Assembly (NCBI GenBank): GCA_903828955.1
Contig: CAIKOA010000016.1
Location: 10,350 to 74,349, forward strand
Reading direction: 5' to 3'
From: an uncultured Candidatus Micrarchaeota archaeon
Lineage (GTDB): Archaea > Micrarchaeota > Micrarchaeia > Anstonellales > Bilamarchaeaceae
Length of the DNA: 64,000 bases
In this document: one piece after another, positions 1 to 8,405 of the stretch
Layout: the number at the start of each line of letters is the position of its first letter
Position numbering within the stretch: position 1 is the stretch's first letter
Position numbers and translations under genes: made by a program
Notes under the pieces: model-generated
What the model was told of the DNA's origin: nothing
Seen by the model: only the letters and a program-made list of their open reading frames with translations
The model's database searches: none

Positions 1-41
1 GAGAAGCAGAATGTGGAAGTGAAATTCTAAACAAAACCAAT

Positions 42-899
42 TTATTTTTTCCCATTATTCTTTCTTGCCCAGATAACTATGTCCGGAGTCCAGAGGTATT
101 CGTTCTTCCCATTCTTCCTTGTGTTCTTCCGCACCCATTTTCCCACAGTTCTGCATTCCTGCGGAGTTAGTGGCGGGCAGTCCAGCGAATCCGAGAAAAG
201 GAAGCCCATGATCTCCCCAAGCTCCTCGTCGCTTGCGCCCCTCCACTTATCCAAGTTGAAATCGAATTCAATCATTTTTCCAACTTCATAAGGAATCTTC
301 TCCTTCTTAAGGCTCCTTTCCAGAACTTCCTGCGAAACAGGCTCGATTTTGCCGAAGGAAGGGTATAGCGACCTCTTTATTTTCTGGAAATCCCCCGCGC
401 TGTCTTCTAATATGAATATGCAAAGCCCGTCTTTTTTGAGGCAGCTCGTTATTTTTTTAAGAGTGGGGATGGTCCCGTCCTTGTTCCTGGAGGACTCATA
501 AAGCGTATGCAGAACCGTTACCACGTCATATTCGCAATTGCATTCAACATCATCTATTGTTTTTGAGTAAACCCTCCCAAAATGGTCTGAATTCTCCCCT
601 TCAAAACTCTCAAGCAGCTTTCTCCTGCGCTCCAGCTTTGGCTCAACGAAGTCCACGACCGCCAATACCCCTATTTCCTTAAGCTTGCGGGCAAAATAGA
701 GCGGCTTTCCCCAGTCCCAGTTTCCTGATCCGACACTCAGTATCCTTATCTCTTTTTTCTTTTTCAGAAGCGGAATAAAGTCCGGGTAAGAGGAAGGAAG
801 CTGGCTGAGGATGCCTTCAACATCAAAAAAGTCTTCCCCGCTGATCTGGAGAAAGGCACTTACCCCCTTCATATATTGCCTTTCGGTTCCCCCCGCCAT
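42..899 (-). CDS. Class I SAM-dependent methyltransferase-like protein
   Basis: 285-aa ORF. Glycine-rich motif I-like ILSVGSGNWDWG is followed about 20 aa later by acidic VVDFVEPK (motif II-like). No specific subfamily recognised. Confidence 0.5.
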   Translation of the reverse strand: MAGGTERQYMKGVSAFLQISGEDFFDVEGILSQLPSSYPDFIPLLKKKKEIRILSVGSGNWDWGKPLYFARKLKEIGVLAVVDFVEPKLERRRKLLESFEGENSDHFGRVYSKTIDDVECNCEYDVVTVLHTLYESSRNKDGTIPTLKKITSCLKKDGLCIFILEDSAGDFQKIKRSLYPSFGKIEPVSQEVLERSLKKEKIPYEVGKMIEFDFNLDKWRGASDEELGEIMGFLFSDSLDCPPLTPQECRTVGKWVRKNTRKNGKNEYLWTPDIVIWARKNNGKK

Positions 900-956
900 G
901 CTATCATCTTGCCAAGAAGTATATTTAAACCATTATTTTGGGCCGAGGATAAGGAA

Positions 957-1215
957 GAACGGGAGGCATAGCCTGCCTTCGGTCTGAGTGCGCAGAGCGC
1001 ACCAAGATGGCATTAGACTAAGCGCCCTAAATGGGCTTGCACCATCATACGGGCTTCGCAGGCCGTTTCATCCTGTTCACGGGCACCTCGTTTCCTCATC
1101 GTAAATCCCGCGCAGGTCTCGTTTCTGTTCCCGCTAAGAGCCCCCTTAAGGAGCCTTTCCCTCTGGTGGGCAGAACTTCCTCCGGAGCACCCGGTGAGCC
1201 ATCTGCCTCCCGTTC
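957..1215 (-). ncRNA. rnpB: RNase P RNA (compact, archaeal type)
   Basis: Read on the minus strand. P1 GAACGGGAGGCA (1215-1204) pairs perfectly with UGCCUCCCGUUC (968-957). P2 is GAUGGC/GCCAUC and P3 is the hairpin CCGG-GUGCU-CCGG. The CR-I-like GGAGGAAGUUCUGCC has CUGCC pairing with GGCAG in a 3-prime GAAGGCAGGCUA (P4 pseudoknot). Also present are GGGAACAGAAACGAGACC (J11/12-like ACAGAAA), AGGAUGAAAC and a GUGCGC-UCU-GCGCAC hairpin between the P2 and P4 3-prime strands. An AAUAAAUA TATA-like box lies at 1237-1245, about 25 nt upstream. Track ORFs 1031..1303 and 1096..1485 over this region look non-protein-like. Confidence 0.8.
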
Positions 1216-1240
1216 GGGAATATTACCGCTTCCCTTGTAT

Positions 1241-1915
1241 TTATTCCTTGTGGATTCCCAGCGCAAATGCACCGAGGGCCGCAAAAGCCAATATGAACGC
1301 TGAGCCGCAGCCTTTGGACGGAGTTGTTCCCCCGCCGGTTCCGGTCCCCAGGGGTTTCTCCGCAGCCTCCGTATCCGGCGAATAAGCCGGGGCAGCCCCG
1401 TCCATTGAAGCAAGCCCGTCCCCGACTGGCTTCTTTGTTGCATTATTGTAATACGCTTCAGTTGCAACCATAGTTGTTGTAGCATTGTTTATGCTGTCCG
1501 TAAACTCAAGGTAATCCGCGAGGGGCATCGAATAAAGGAGTTTCCATTTCGAGCCGGATTGCCTGCAGAGCGCAACATATTCCATGTTATTTGTAAATGA
1601 GCCTGAGCCCTTCGCATCACTTACGGTCAAGGTAAGGTTGTACTTGAGCAGCGCATACCCGTTTCCATCCAGCACATAAGAGAGGTCCGTGACCCTGAAA
1701 GAATCCGTATCGTATCCCCCCCACACCGCCTCAACGACCGTGCGCATATCCTCTATTGCCCCGGGGCTCATATCGCTCGTGTCAAATGTCGCAACATACG
1801 CATTCCAGTCCTCATCCTTGGATGCCTGGTAATTCGCATTCAGGAGTTCCTCGAACTGCGCAAAGGAAACAGATGCCAGCAGAAGCAAAACGAACATAAT
1901 TTTCTTCATATCCAT
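1241..1915 (-). CDS. Secreted protein with C-terminal Cys-containing membrane anchor signal
   Basis: N-terminal signal peptide MKKIMFVLLLLASVSFAQ. C-terminus is a G/T-rich linker, then KGCGS, then the hydrophobic stretch AFILAFAALGAFALG and the tail IHKE. Its start overlaps the stop of the upstream gene (GTGATG at 1913-1918). The start could be 1918, 1915 or 1909. Confidence 0.6.
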   Translation of the reverse strand: MDMKKIMFVLLLLASVSFAQFEELLNANYQASKDEDWNAYVATFDTSDMSPGAIEDMRTVVEAVWGGYDTDSFRVTDLSYVLDGNGYALLKYNLTLTVSDAKGSGSFTNNMEYVALCRQSGSKWKLLYSMPLADYLEFTDSINNATTTMVATEAYYNNATKKPVGDGLASMDGAAPAYSPDTEAAEKPLGTGTGGGTTPSKGCGSAFILAFAALGAFALGIHKE

Positions 1916-3720
1916 CACCCCTCCTTGAACCCCACGTACTGCATCGGGTACTTGAGGAAATCATCGTCCTCATAGGGCCCGTCCTTGTCCGTAACGTACA
2001 CTTCCACAATCATGTCAGTTGTCTTCACTTCGGATTGCGCTATCATGTTCTGGTTCGCCTTGTACCTCATCCCGGCCTGCAGCGAACTTATCCCTGCGAC
2101 TATGAGGTCCTGCGTCCAGTCCGCAAACTTTCCAATCACCGGGGTGGTGCCCGCATAAAGGGCAACCCCCCCTACAAACACTTTCGCCCCGCCCGCGGTG
2201 ACATCCATCGCCCTCCACATCGCTTCCCATCCCGAACCGGAACGCGCGAGCTTTCCCGCGCCCTCGTCCATTTCCTTCAGGTCCGTATACATCCCGTAAA
2301 CAGTCTTCCCCTTGTCCACAGCCGGGACAAGGAAGCCCACGGTGTTCCTGAGGAGGCTTTTTCCCCCGCTTTTGAGCGAGCTTTCCGCAAGCTCCTCCCC
2401 GGCCGTCTCAAGCCCCGCCTTTGCTCCGGAGCCCGCTAAGTTTATTGCAAGCCCGCTGCCCACCCCGTAAACCTCTTTTGCAAGCTGGAACTCATCAAGC
2501 GACATTCCCCTTTCCGGAGCAGCCCAGAGCACACTTGCAGTTTTCGAATTCGAATCGACACTCACGCTCTTTCCCCGCTGATTTCCATAAATAAGCTCCC
2601 CGCTCGAAACCTCGAACACATATTTGTATCCGGAAGGGGATGCGACCGGGTCCGAAATTGTTGCGCTAACCGTATGGTTATTGCCCGATCTTGCAGGAGA
2701 AGGCGAAATCGTAATGGACTCTATGTTGAGCAGGGGCGAAGAGAGCATTATTTTCTTGCTCTCATCCACAAGTACGAAATCCGCATCAGTTGAGTGCTTG
2801 GAGGCGGTCACTTTCAATTCTATATCATAAGGGAATTCCTCCTGCTCGAACGTCTTGAACTCCATTATGTCCGGGGGGCTGAATGTGATGTATGCCTCGC
2901 CGCTTGCATCCGTGAATTTTTCCTCCGATGCCCTGCCCCACTGCCCAAACATCTGCGTATTCTTGGTGTCATCGAGTTCAAACCTGACCTTTGCCCCCTG
3001 CACAGGAGTTCCGTCCGAAAAAGTAACATGCGCGGTTATCCTTACCGAATCCTTCCCGTCAGCGAGAACGGATTGCTTATCCAGCTCCACGCTCAGGCTT
3101 GCCTCCTTCTTCTCTTCTACGCACTGGTTGGTTTGCGGGTCGCACCCTGCTTCGCAGTCAAGAGTGCTGTGGTAGCACTTTCCGTCCGTTGGGTTGCAAT
3201 TCCCATTATAATAGTAAACATTATTCTGGCAGAAATATTCCGGGCACTGCACATTTGCGCAGAGGTTCGCGCTCGCCTGGAGGCATTCCACCCCATTTGC
3301 GGCGCACCCGTTGTCGCAATCCGTCTGCCCAGAGGATTCGCAATCCCCGGTATCCGGGTTGCAGTGGTTCCCAGTATAGAGGACCCCGTCCGCGCATACT
3401 GTTTGCGGGCAATTCACATTCTCGCACAAGTCCTGCGCGGTCGTTTCCCCCCCGGAAGAAGTTTCTCCACCCGTGGAGGTTTCCGAAATCGGGCAATAGC
3501 ACACGCAGGGCTTTCCCTGCGGGCATGCGCATGCGACATTTGCTCCCACGTTCGGGTCATAGTGCCCTGCACACGAATCGCTTGAGGAGCAGGGAATCCC
3601 CTTGTCCCCGCAGAGGAAACAATCCTTCACCCCCGGCGGGCAGGTGCCCGCAAAAGAAAGCGCGGGAAAAACCGCAAAAATCACCAGAATTGCAAAGAAG
3701 ACGCCCGCTTTATCCATCAT
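1915..3720 (-). CDS. Secreted cysteine-rich repeat protein with Ig-like (Big-type) domain
   Basis: Signal peptide MMDKAGVFFAILVIFAVFPALSFAG. N-terminal Cys cluster, then two tandem modules of about 50 aa (CxNVxCP...GNxCNPxxGxC...DCxxGC). This is followed by SVELDKQSVLADGKDSVRITAHVTFSDGTPVQGAKVRFEL, which resembles bacterial Ig-like invasin/intimin-type repeats. Confidence 0.65.
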   Translation of the reverse strand: MMDKAGVFFAILVIFAVFPALSFAGTCPPGVKDCFLCGDKGIPCSSSDSCAGHYDPNVGANVACACPQGKPCVCYCPISETSTGGETSSGGETTAQDLCENVNCPQTVCADGVLYTGNHCNPDTGDCESSGQTDCDNGCAANGVECLQASANLCANVQCPEYFCQNNVYYYNGNCNPTDGKCYHSTLDCEAGCDPQTNQCVEEKKEASLSVELDKQSVLADGKDSVRITAHVTFSDGTPVQGAKVRFELDDTKNTQMFGQWGRASEEKFTDASGEAYITFSPPDIMEFKTFEQEEFPYDIELKVTASKHSTDADFVLVDESKKIMLSSPLLNIESITISPSPARSGNNHTVSATISDPVASPSGYKYVFEVSSGELIYGNQRGKSVSVDSNSKTASVLWAAPERGMSLDEFQLAKEVYGVGSGLAINLAGSGAKAGLETAGEELAESSLKSGGKSLLRNTVGFLVPAVDKGKTVYGMYTDLKEMDEGAGKLARSGSGWEAMWRAMDVTAGGAKVFVGGVALYAGTTPVIGKFADWTQDLIVAGISSLQAGMRYKANQNMIAQSEVKTTDMIVEVYVTDKDGPYEDDDFLKYPMQYVGFKEG

Positions 3721-3769
3721 TATCTCCGCTTAAACTGGGAAAGCAAATTCTATAAACCTCTCACTCCTA

Positions 3770-6049
3770 ATGAAAGCCATGAACACAAAAATGGTATTCG
3801 CAGTTTTGTTTTTCTCATTGCTCCTGATGAATTTCGCATTCGCGCTTTCTGATGACGAAAAGGCGCAAAATGTTGCGAAAAAGGCGGCAGCCACCCTTGG
3901 CTGGCCGGAAACGTTCTATGAGGATAAGGATAACAGCGCCGGCATCCCCGGAAAGGGCTACATCATTTCCGAAGATGAAAAGGGCTCCAATTCCGACCAC
4001 TACGGATACATCACCACCCTAAGCACGGATGTGGAAGGCTCATTTTGGCTCAACTTCATGGTCGAGCAGCTTGACGCCCAGCACTCAAGCTTCTTAGGAA
4101 GGGAGGCATCAATCGTTACCGGGGGAAAGAACTGCAATCCGCAAGGCCTAGTGAAAGTGATGAACGACATGTTTAGCGGCTGGTTCGAGGACATCTTCGG
4201 GCCATCCAACGACGAGGACAAGGGCTGCGTATACGAATCCGGCGTGATCGCATTCACCTGCGGAAAATACATGATGGTCGGAATCGATACCTGGGATGAC
4301 GAATCCACAGGGGATGAAACCGAGATTGCAAGCGCGTTCTATTCCGCAGCGCAGGAGGAAGGCCTCTGCGATTACGGGGACACGCTGGTGATAATGGCCC
4401 AGCCAAACGACAAGTCGGGCAACCTGGAGGTATCCGATGCTGCGGCGATGGCCCAGAGGGTAAACCAGTATTACGGGGTGAACGCATTCGGAGAGATACC
4501 TCCGTTCAAATACACTTTCATGGACGCAGACGGCTCCAAGGGGCATGACGACTGGTTCACGCTTGATTCTCCGGAGAATGCCTATGTTGATGCGCACGGA
4601 GAAGGGGATGAGCTAAAGTTTTCGGTTGACGCAACAAAGACGGCGTTCAAGGGCGCAGATGTTCCCGAAGACCTTTATTTCAACAGGGTTGTGATTCTTT
4701 TCCCTGGGGATTCAACCCAGAAAGACCCAAATGCCAAATTCTCTAACCAGTGCAGCTGGGAAGGGGACAATTACTTTGTGGAAGTGGACGCCGGGGCTGG
4801 GAAACGCAAGATATACACCAAGAGTTTCATTACTCTGAGCGAAAACAGGGAGCTAGGCGGATGGGCGCATGAGTTCGGGCATTCCCTTTATTCCAGGTAT
4901 GTGCGCCCGGTGAATAAAAATACAATAAGCGACCGCTACAACTACGCCTCCAACGACAGGCAATACGGCCAGGTCGATTACTGGGACATCATGGGTTCAG
5001 GAAGCCACTGGGGCCCCAATGACGGGGAGGCCCCCACCCAGATGTCCAGCTTCACGAAAGTTGCCGCAACCTGGCTTGAGTTCTACCGCGGGAATGTAAA
5101 CCAGACCTATTCAGTAAAGGCGCTCGAGAGCATGAAGAAGGGCGACAATGTACTTACAATCGATGACCCGACAAGCGCTGATCCGGAAGCATTCTACATA
5201 ATCGAGGCAAGGGACTCCACATTGCCTTTCGGGGCCCCGGAAAGCGGGGTTGTGCTCTACAAAGTAAGGTATGAATTCAGCCACCACGTCGTGAATATAA
5301 TCGCGCCCCAAACCGTCCCGAACAAAGCCACAAACACCGCAGGGCAGGATTATACCAAGCCCACCCTCTACAATGCAGTGGGCCCCGGCTCGACTTACAT
5401 CGATGTTCCCGGGAAATTCGAGGTTAAGCTTATGTCGCAGAGCGATTCGCCCTATTCCGCGAGCGTTGAAGTGGACCCCTTCAATCCAATGAACATGCTT
5501 GGCATGATGGTCGCCCCCGGAGCGCCTCCCATAAATTTCCAGGGAGACCCGTCTTCCACTGAAAACGCGCTTCCGGACACGATGCCTGACCAGGATCTGC
5601 ACGCATACGATGATGCGGGCAACCACGTTGGATTGAATTACGATACGATGGAATACGAAAACAACATCCCGGGCGCAATCGCATCCGGAGATTTGAAGGG
5701 CGATGCGGAGTGGATTTTCGTCCCCGCCGGCACGAACGTGCGTTACGAGGTTTCCGAATACAAGACCAAGAAATTCCTTGAGAGCTATCCGCAGTATGCC
5801 TCGCTTGCGCAGCCGCAGAATTATTCCGTGGAAATGGTGAAGTATGACGCTTCCGGGAACAAGTATGTTGCCGATGGGGGCAGCGGGAATGTTGGAACTT
5901 CTTCGGATGTGCAGTTGAAATCGCCAACCGACCCCTCGCTCAAATATGAGCAAAAAGAAAATCCAGGGTTTGGGTCGAATTCAATCTGCCCGTTGCTTCC
6001 CGCATTTGTCCTTCTCTTAGGGTTTGCATTCCTGAGCAGAAGGAATTAA
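3770..6049 (+). CDS. Secreted zinc metalloprotease (M6 / immune-inhibitor-A-like) with PGF-type C-terminal anchor
   Basis: Signal peptide MKAMNTKMVFAVLFFSLLLMNFAFA. HEXXH motif is GWAHEFGHSLY (HEFGH at 4868..4882). DYWDIMGSGSHW lies downstream as in M6 peptidases. C-terminus is NPGFGSNSICPLLPAFVLLLGFAFLSRRN. Confidence 0.65.
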   Translation: MKAMNTKMVFAVLFFSLLLMNFAFALSDDEKAQNVAKKAAATLGWPETFYEDKDNSAGIPGKGYIISEDEKGSNSDHYGYITTLSTDVEGSFWLNFMVEQLDAQHSSFLGREASIVTGGKNCNPQGLVKVMNDMFSGWFEDIFGPSNDEDKGCVYESGVIAFTCGKYMMVGIDTWDDESTGDETEIASAFYSAAQEEGLCDYGDTLVIMAQPNDKSGNLEVSDAAAMAQRVNQYYGVNAFGEIPPFKYTFMDADGSKGHDDWFTLDSPENAYVDAHGEGDELKFSVDATKTAFKGADVPEDLYFNRVVILFPGDSTQKDPNAKFSNQCSWEGDNYFVEVDAGAGKRKIYTKSFITLSENRELGGWAHEFGHSLYSRYVRPVNKNTISDRYNYASNDRQYGQVDYWDIMGSGSHWGPNDGEAPTQMSSFTKVAATWLEFYRGNVNQTYSVKALESMKKGDNVLTIDDPTSADPEAFYIIEARDSTLPFGAPESGVVLYKVRYEFSHHVVNIIAPQTVPNKATNTAGQDYTKPTLYNAVGPGSTYIDVPGKFEVKLMSQSDSPYSASVEVDPFNPMNMLGMMVAPGAPPINFQGDPSSTENALPDTMPDQDLHAYDDAGNHVGLNYDTMEYENNIPGAIASGDLKGDAEWIFVPAGTNVRYEVSEYKTKKFLESYPQYASLAQPQNYSVEMVKYDASGNKYVADGGSGNVGTSSDVQLKSPTDPSLKYEQKENPGFGSNSICPLLPAFVLLLGFAFLSRRN

Positions 6050-6101
6050 TTTCTTCTTTTTTCTTTATTTTGATAATATGCAAGGCAATTTTTCTTCGTT
6101 T

Positions 6102-6147
6102 TGTGTCAAATTCTGTCCTTTTAAGCATTTCGTTGCATAATACACTT
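6102..6147 (+). promoter_or_regulatory. Conserved 46-nt promoter/5-prime block of paralog A (TATA-like TTTTAAGC about 27 nt before the ATG)
   Basis: 38 of 46 nt are identical by hand alignment to 6954..6999 upstream of paralog B. The TTTTAAGCATTT and TGCATAATAC blocks are shared. The spacing implies a leaderless or near-leaderless mRNA. Confidence 0.45.
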
Positions 6148-6921
6148 ATGCAAACCCAGAGAATAATTGTTCCCATAGGTGTGCGCACAGGCTATCTCGA
6201 AGCCAGCAAAATCGCAAAAAAACTGGGCGGAAAGCTCCCCGCCAACCCTCTCCACGATGAATATGTCGCAAGGAGCGACAGGTGGGAAAAACTCCCGTGT
6301 TATTACGCCGCATGGGCAAGGGAACTCCTCGTTCACCCTGAAAAAGGCGGAAAATTCAAGAAAGGGAGAGACATTGTTGATTCAGAAACCGGCTGGACAG
6401 TCCCAGCTTCCTATATTCCGAAAGAGGCATTTGGAACAAAGGGCGTAGGGCTCTTTGTAGACCCAGGGAATATGCAAAAAGAAAAAGGCAGAGTAATAGT
6501 CCACCCCGCAGGCAAGATTGCAGTTCTTGCCCCGTTTATCCAGGAAAGCAGAAACCCGGGAAATGTTGACGAAGTGGCGAGGATTCCGCTTGCCCTCGGA
6601 ACAGGATCTGATATGGATATGGCGTGGTTCTGGAGAATCAACGGAGTCGGGGTAAGGCCCCTCGTCCGCGGCCGCAACCACCTTCTTCTCAGCTTCAACG
6701 GGCAGGACGTTAATGCCAACCTGCAGCCCGGCTGTTGTTTTGGAGTGGCTTTGGAATTAGAACTCCCCGCAAAAAATCCCGAAGGAGCCAGGGCGGTTTT
6801 TGCCCAGATTCTATCCTTGTTTGAACAACGCAAAACCGAAATACGGGATATGGGCTTCAATCATTGCGTTATCGAATCAAGCATCCGCAGCGCGGCAGGC
6901 GCAAACGGAGTCAATCCCTGA
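6148..6921 (+). CDS. Uncharacterised protein, tandem paralog A
   Basis: In-frame ATG at 6148 directly after the conserved promoter block; the track start at 6070 is a TTG inside the promoter. More than half of positions over the first ~190 aa match paralog B, for example PEKGG, DIVDSETGW, PASY, GVGLF, IVHPAG, PFIQE, GVGVRP. No family recognised. Confidence 0.6.
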   Translation: MQTQRIIVPIGVRTGYLEASKIAKKLGGKLPANPLHDEYVARSDRWEKLPCYYAAWARELLVHPEKGGKFKKGRDIVDSETGWTVPASYIPKEAFGTKGVGLFVDPGNMQKEKGRVIVHPAGKIAVLAPFIQESRNPGNVDEVARIPLALGTGSDMDMAWFWRINGVGVRPLVRGRNHLLLSFNGQDVNANLQPGCCFGVALELELPAKNPEGARAVFAQILSLFEQRKTEIRDMGFNHCVIESSIRSAAGANGVNP

Positions 6922-6953
6922 GGGCAGCGTTTCTTTTATCCTTGCTCTTTTTT

Positions 6954-6999
6954 TGTGTTAAATTCTGATTTTTTAAGCATTTTGGTGCATAATACGCTA
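6954..6999 (+). promoter_or_regulatory. Conserved 46-nt promoter/5-prime block of paralog B
   Basis: Second copy of the block at 6102..6147, with TTTTAAGC at the same distance from the ATG at 7000. Confidence 0.45.
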
Positions 7000-7839
7000 A
7001 TGTCTGAAACAAGATTAATTCCTATAAACGCAAAGGCAGGCTATCTTGAAGCACGCAGGCTCGCGGATGAAAGGGGGCACAAGCTCCCCTCAAATGTTCT
7101 CCACGATGACTATCTTGTAAGGAGCGATGGATGGAAGAAACTTGACAGGCGCTATTATGCCTCCCTCGCATGGGCGAGGGAGATCCTCGTTTACCCTGAA
7201 AAAGGCGGAATCTTCACAGAAGGGAAAGACATTGTTGATTCAGAAACCGGCTGGGTTCTTCCGGCTTCCTATGTTCCCAAAGGGGCAGTCGGAAGAACGG
7301 GGGTAGGCCTCTTCATTGACCCGCAGGACGTAAAGGAAGAGAACAGCAAAATAATAGTCCACCCCGCAGGCAGAATCGCCGTTCTCTGCCCGTTCATCCA
7401 GGAGCGCGGGGAAGGCGGAAGGGTTGACGAGGCAACCAGGGTCCCGCTCATGCTCGAATCAGGTTCCGAAGTTGAAGAGAGGTGGCTCTGGAGGATTGAC
7501 GGCGTTGGGGTGAGGCCCATCATCCGAAGCCGCAATTATGGCACATGCTACTTCCTTAGTTACGGGGAGAACATCAATGCCTTTACAAAGCCCGGAGATA
7601 GTTTTGGGGTTGCCTTAGAGGCAGTTTTCCCTGCACGGGACGAAGAAAAAACCGAAACCTCCGTACAGAAGGAAAACGGCGTATTTCTTAGCGGCATTAC
7701 CAGGGAGAAGCTGGACGCCCTCATTAATGATGCAAAAACAAACATGTTCGAGCTCATGGGAGACGGTTTTCCGCTCGATGAAGTCCTTAAGGTTTCAGGA
7801 ATAAGGCGCCTTCTTGAAGCCCTAAAAAAGAAGGAGTAA
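7000..7839 (+). CDS. Uncharacterised protein, tandem paralog B
   Basis: Paralog of 6148..6921 with a divergent, longer C-terminal tail (…LDALINDAKTNMFELMGDGFPLDEVLKVSGIRRLLEALKKKE). ATG at 7000 follows the conserved block. Confidence 0.6.
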   Translation: MSETRLIPINAKAGYLEARRLADERGHKLPSNVLHDDYLVRSDGWKKLDRRYYASLAWAREILVYPEKGGIFTEGKDIVDSETGWVLPASYVPKGAVGRTGVGLFIDPQDVKEENSKIIVHPAGRIAVLCPFIQERGEGGRVDEATRVPLMLESGSEVEERWLWRIDGVGVRPIIRSRNYGTCYFLSYGENINAFTKPGDSFGVALEAVFPARDEEKTETSVQKENGVFLSGITREKLDALINDAKTNMFELMGDGFPLDEVLKVSGIRRLLEALKKKE

Positions 7840-8068
7840 TCCCCTTTTCCTTATTTTCCGCTTATTTTTCCCGTATTATTATTGCATAATTAGCTAATCA
7901 AATATAACTCTTAAGGGTTTTTGGAGCCCGTCTTTCCATTGGTTTTCCGAATGCCAAAACGGGTACTGGAAGCAGTGGAAACCTACTCCCTCAATTTATT
8001 TAAAAACCTCTCTTAGTAATACCTACTATAGTATATTCCTAAGGAGTTTGGGAATACATAAGTAGAAT

Positions 8069-8377
8069 ATGGGTGGAATAATGGAAGAAAAACTCGAAGA
8101 ATTTGAGGAAATTGAGGAAACCCCTGCAAAAGGGGCAAAGAAGGGCCCGGAAGAAGGCCAGCAGATGGGGGCTGGAGAGCGGCCGGATTTCCGCGTAGTG
8201 CAGACCGACCGCGACAGGGACGGAAAATCAGTCTATGTGAATGTGGGCGGCATGTGGAAGAAAACCAGCAAAAACGGAAACGATTTCTACGTGCTCAGGA
8301 TCGGGAGGCTCAAGCTCCTCGTATTCCAAAACGACAAGGAGAGGCAAGGGAGCGTTGAGAAGCAGCCCGGCTATTAA
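8069..8377 (+). CDS. Small protein with acidic N-terminus and DUF736-like C-terminal half
   Basis: RPDFRVVQT...VNVGGMWKKTSKNGNDFYVLRIGRLKLLVF resembles the aPDyRV...eiGAaWkKtSkkGkdYLSvkLD core I recall for DUF736. Weak call made by eye only. Confidence 0.4.
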   Translation: MGGIMEEKLEEFEEIEETPAKGAKKGPEEGQQMGAGERPDFRVVQTDRDRDGKSVYVNVGGMWKKTSKNGNDFYVLRIGRLKLLVFQNDKERQGSVEKQPGY

Positions 8378-8405
8378 TCTTATGATAACTCTATAAGGTG
8401 ATAAA

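Noticed and set aside
1031-1485. ORFs 1031..1303 (+), 1096..1485 (-) and 1194..1385 (+)
   Set aside because: They overlie the RNase P RNA and the 3-prime end of the secreted-protein gene, with no protein-like features.
2794-3585. 263-aa plus-strand ORF, plus 3099..3755
   Set aside because: Antisense to the Cys-rich secreted protein, which has a signal peptide and internal repeats supporting the minus frame.
5111-5953. 280-aa minus-strand ORF
   Set aside because: Antisense to the metalloprotease gene, with no motifs. Typical GC-driven shadow ORF.
6148-7839. Tandem paralogs as diversity-generating-retroelement targets (the GYLEA...KLP.N.LHD segment loosely recalls C-type-lectin/FGE folds)
   Set aside because: There is no reverse transcriptase and no template/variable repeat pair. 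Differences between the paralogs are spread over the whole length and are not adenine-specific.
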